Positions 60,175 through 64,000 of a DNA stretch of 64,000 bases are shown piece after piece. A program made the translations under genes and the position numbers. The stretch is taken from contig OZ024740.1 in assembly GCA_964016885.1 (NCBI GenBank), forward strand, positions 100,998,001-101,062,000. Reading direction: 5' to 3'. Source of the stretch: Eledone cirrhosa. Taxonomy: Eukaryota. Under the pieces are notes generated by a model. The model saw only the letters and a list, made by a program, of their open reading frames with translations, did no database searches and was not told the origin of the DNA. Positions within the stretch are counted from its first letter, which is position 1. The number at the start of each line of letters is the position of its first letter.

Positions 60175-60715
60175 TAGTGAAAAGAATGGTTTCTTTATTA
60201 GCCACTCAGGGCTTACATTAAGAGAACAATAAAGATTGTACTGGATGGTGCAGTGTGGGTTTTTCTGAGAGAAAGGTTTATAACAAAGACTAAAAGAATA
60301 AACATCTAAAATATCCAAACATCGAAAATTCCCCAAAAGTTGAGATATTGCCAAGGGTCACTGGTTGAGAAATCCCACAAAAGCCACAGTCACCCTCTCC
60401 GCTAGGACAAAGTGCCCTCGCCCAGTTCTTCTCCTCTACAGGCGTATGCTCAAGGCAGGCCTATTTACCCGGACCATGCTCGCCACTCTCACCCACCTTT
60501 TAACAAACTGGTTGGAAGGCACCACTTCCCTCTCAACCCTGATTTTTCTCTTTAGATGAAATCTGAAAAGGTTACTTACGGTTTTGCCAAAGAGGAACGT
60601 GTTTGCATTCAACCCTTTCAAATGCATACATCACAGGACCTCTTTCATCATGGCCACCACGCAGATAAAACTGCTAGTCCTTCTCTTCTAAAGGAAAACA
60701 GTGGAGTGATCTTCA
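60175..60715 (-). mobile_element. Diverged Tx1/L1 family 3' fragment
   Basis: LKGL..NTFLFG...NLFRFHLKRKIRVEREVV...FVKRWVRVASMVRVN, homologous to the ORF2 C-terminus; (AAT)n at its 5' junction. Confidence 0.85.
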
Positions 60716-60865
60716 AATAATAATAATAACAACATGCAGAACATATAGAAAATTTTTATGAACACAAACCACAACCAGTAACTGAGACTGAAAGAGTAAC
60801 AATCCTTTAGTACTTTACCAGTCATACAGATCATCTATTAATGCAAATCACCCTGATATTATTAT

Positions 60866-61036
60866 TGATTGGCAGTATTGTTAGAGGATTGGATGCCGTG
60901 CTTTGACGCATTGAGTTACGGCCCTTGCCATTCTGAGTTCAAATCCCACAGAGTTTAACTTTGCCTATCATCCTTATAGGGTCGATAAAATAAAGTACCA
61001 GTAGAAAAAGTAGAAACAATTATTATTATTATTATT
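60866..61036 (+). mobile_element. SINE family 2 copy
   Basis: ATTGGCAGTATTG...CTGAGTTCAAATCCC...TTAACTTTGCCT.TCATCCTT...GTCGATAAAATAAAGTACCAG...AGAAACAA(TTA)n. Confidence 0.8.
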
Positions 61037-61039
61037 AAA

Positions 61040-61680
61040 GTTTTAAAAACCATGACCTGTTTACTCATTGACATGACTGTACCATCTGATAGAAATAGGT
61101 TTGCAAAGAGTATGAACAACTTGCAAAATATAAAGATCTAGAAATTGCAATAAACAGAATGTGGTACCTTAAAACACAAACTATTTTGGTAGTGATAGGA
61201 GCTCTAGGTGTCATAAAGAAAGATGTTCAAAAGTTTCTAGAATACATACCTGGTAAACCTAACATTTATGAAATCCAAAAGATAATTGTAACAAGTACCG
61301 CCCTCATACTTCTTAAATTTTTGTCGTAATATATGTCATTATACAATCTTTTTTTCTGTTCAATTTTTATAGTAAATTTAATTGATATTTAATATCATTC
61401 AAATATCTTTAATGTAAAATTGATTCATATCTTTTATACTTCTTAATACTTCTTATTATCTCTTCCTACTCTGACATTTCTATATTTATTTTCTCAAATT
61501 TTCTGACTTAACAATCAACTTTTGTCATGTGACTTGTTAAGTGAATGTGTGGACTGAACAATATAAAAAAAAGCTATCGAAAACTGTCAAAACCAATGAT
61601 GCCTGCACTAAATATCTGGTTGGTACTTGGTAGTCATTGCATATAAAGTGAAATCAAAGGAAAATATGATAATAATAATT
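61040..61680 (+). mobile_element. Decayed R4/Dong-type 3' fragment (family B-like)
   Basis: CLLIDMTVPSDRN...KYKDLEIAINRMWYLKTQTILVVIGALGVIKK...IPGKPNIYEIQKI..TSTA.IL. Confidence 0.8.
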
Positions 61681-61697
61681 GAAAATATGATAATAAT

Positions 61698-61888
61698 AAT
61701 TGTTTCTACTTTTGGCATAAGGCCAGCAATTACCCAGTACATTTTTATTTTATCGACCCCGTAAGGATGAAAGGCAAAGTTAACCTCGGTGGGATTTGAA
61801 CTCAGACCATAAAGGAATGTAACTATGCTGGAAAGAATGGCGTCTGACTCTCTACCAATACTGCCAATCCACCGGTTTCTGATAAAAC

Positions 61889-61930
<42 letters not shown>

Positions 61931-62102
61931 GGTGGGAAGGGCAAGTCGATTAAATCAGCCGCATTACATTACTGGTGTTTTATTTTATTGACTCCATAAG
62001 GATGAAAGGCAAAGCTAACCTCGGTGGGATTTGAACACAGAACATAAAAGGAAGCATGGTGTCCGACGCTCTACCAATACTGCCACTGCCAATCCACTGC
62101 CC
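61698..62102 (-). mobile_element. Two SINE family 2 copies
   Basis: GGATGAAAGGCAAAG.TAACCTCGGTGGGATTTGAAC at about 61765 and 62000. Confidence 0.85.
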
Positions 62103-62105
62103 TTA

Positions 62106-62447
62106 ATCATCATCATCATCATCATCACCGTTTTACGTCCGTTCTTCCACGCTAGCATGGGTTAGACGGGTTGTCCTGTTGTGGGCAGTGTCTGGTCGGC
62201 TGACCATGCCTTGCTCATACAGGAACTGATCTGGCTTGATTTCTACAGCTGGATGCCCTTCCTAACACCAACCTCATTTACAGTGAGTGCTGGGTGCTTT
62301 TTCGTGGCGCCTACACGTCCACTTTACAGTGTGGGCTGGGTGCTTTTTTGCCGTGGCACCTCCACGACCACCTTGCGGTGGGGGGGGGGAGTGGGGGCAT
62401 ATTGTTTATATGCTTCAGCATGTACCCATGGGAGGTCGGGTACCCTG
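62106..62447 (-). mobile_element. RTE 3' UTR fragment
   Basis: Reverse complement of about 13065-13408. Confidence 0.85.
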
Positions 62448-62505
<58 letters not shown>

Positions 62506-62516
62506 GTAATAGTAAT

Positions 62517-62878
62517 ATTTGACACGAGAGTGCAAGAAAAGGAGAGGGAGAAAATTAACCGATACCAGGATTTAAAGTGGGAGTTAAAAAGGATTTGAAA
62601 CTGCCATGAAATCAAGGTCATCCCGATAGTCATCAGAGCACTAGGTACTATCTCAAAGAGTTTCCAAGGATGGTTAAAGAATATTAGTCCAGCTCCGGTT
62701 TTTGGAACACTTCAAAAGGCATGCTTGGTGGGAACAGCCAGAACCCTCCGATACGTCCTGAATGTCTGAGGCTGCAGGTAGCGGCTTGATATTCATTTCA
62801 ACAAACTTTCCAGTTAAATAACATTAATGACTGAGACTCAAAGAACAATAATAAAAATAATAATAATAATAATAATAA
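62517..62878 (+). mobile_element. R4/Dong family A 3' fragment between (AAT)n tracts
   Basis: Near-identical to 37830-38160. Confidence 0.9.
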
Positions 62879-63035
62879 CTGTGATTTATTTCATTTGCTA
62901 TAAGATCCCAATACATTGTTACCAATATAAGAATGAAAACAACTCTGAGTAAAGGAAAGGAGACAGCACCAAAATAAAAACAGTAGGAATAACAACAATA
63001 TACATTTTAATAGATATTAATAGCATTAGAACAGA

Positions 63036-64000
63036 ATAATAATAATAATAATAATAATAATGAAATTATTGTGTACAGTGCTCAGGTGCACTACAACTCA
63101 TCAAAGGTGCATGTATAGTACATAGAATAATGTACAAATGTCAGGAAAATGAACAGTGTATGAGTCATGATATAATAATAACAATAACAATAATAATGAA
63201 ATATTGTGTACAGTGCCCAGGTGCACCACAACTCATCAAAAAGTGCATGTACAGTACATAGGGCAATGCACAAACATCAGGAAAATGAACAGTGCATGAG
63301 TCATGATATACACATGTGTGCATGTGTATGGAAGGGGGACATCAGGTGTAGTTTTGACGTATTTCGGGAAGCATGATTGTCTTAAAGGATGCAGTGTCTC
63401 GGCAGTTAACAACTGACGCAGCCAGTTTGTTCCATGATTCAGCAACTCTGAGCGTGAAAAAATGTCTACGAAAGTCATGGGAGCTGTGCTGTTTTCTGAT
63501 TGTGTAGGCATGTCCACGTGTGTTAGACACATGGAGATCAAAAAGGTGCTCAGTGTTGCAATTGGCGAGATGGTTAATAACTTTGTGGGTATTCACCAAG
63601 TCCATTGCTAGACGTCGGAGCTTCAATGAATCCATGCCCAGGGAAGCAAGGCGTTCAGAGTATGGAAGGTGTCTGATGGAGGGTATGCGCTTGGTTGCAC
63701 GTCTCTGAACAGTTTCCAGGAGGTCAATGTTCTGAGCAAGATAGGGGCTCCAGACTGATGATGCGAATTCCAAGTGTGGTCGTACCATAGCTGTATACAG
63801 TTTTAAATAGATGGCTGGAGAGCGGCTAACAAAGGTCTTGCTGAGTGATACCAAGACACCCTCGGCCTTCTTGACAATCTTAGAGACATGCTTTGTCCAA
63901 CGCAAATCGCTGCTGACAGTAATGCCCAGGTCACGTTCACAAGAGGACTTCTTGATATCAGTGTTGTGGAGGGAGTATGTGGACGCTGGATTTTTCCTCC
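63036..64000 (-). mobile_element. CR1-clade LINE 3' part (continues beyond the window) with a duplicated 3' end
   Basis: ERDLGI...WTKHV...LYTAMVRPHLEFASSVWSP...LETVQRRATK...YSERL...LKLRR...TRGH...HFFTLRV..WNKL; (TTA)n tail. Confidence 0.92.

Overview
This is AT-rich animal (metazoan) DNA packed with repeats. The SINE/LINE repertoire and dense (TA)n/(CA)n/(TAA)n/(GAT)n microsatellites suggest a cephalopod such as Octopus; this is inferred from composition and recalled repeat families, not verified. No host protein-coding gene can be supported, and most ORFs in the track are microsatellite artefacts or antisense to transposons. The main elements are: (1) a Penelope-like (Naiad-type GIY-YIG) element as a ~4.9-kb inverted duplication (3123-8030); (2) a nearly full-length, frameshifted Tx1/L1-clade LINE (28986-34806, -) lying head-to-head with a nearly full-length, decayed R4/Dong-type RLE LINE (34818-38157, +) inside one (TAA)n tract; (3) many RTE, CR1 and R4/Dong fragments, at least two tRNA-derived SINE families and a probable TTAA MITE. 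The strongest signal beyond the ORF track is non-coding: about a dozen type-I hammerhead-ribozyme motifs (CUGANGA...GAAA...NUH, several degenerate) from at least four unrelated sequence families. Most sit in fold-back elements inserted in (TA)n, including protein-free mini-hairpins (1988-2519, 13419-13685, 57805-57986) and a tandem two-ribozyme, retrozyme-like ~1-kb unit in the Naiad tail. Other notable points are a PAM2-like motif opening Tx1 ORF1 and a PHD-like finger inside the RTE reverse transcriptase.
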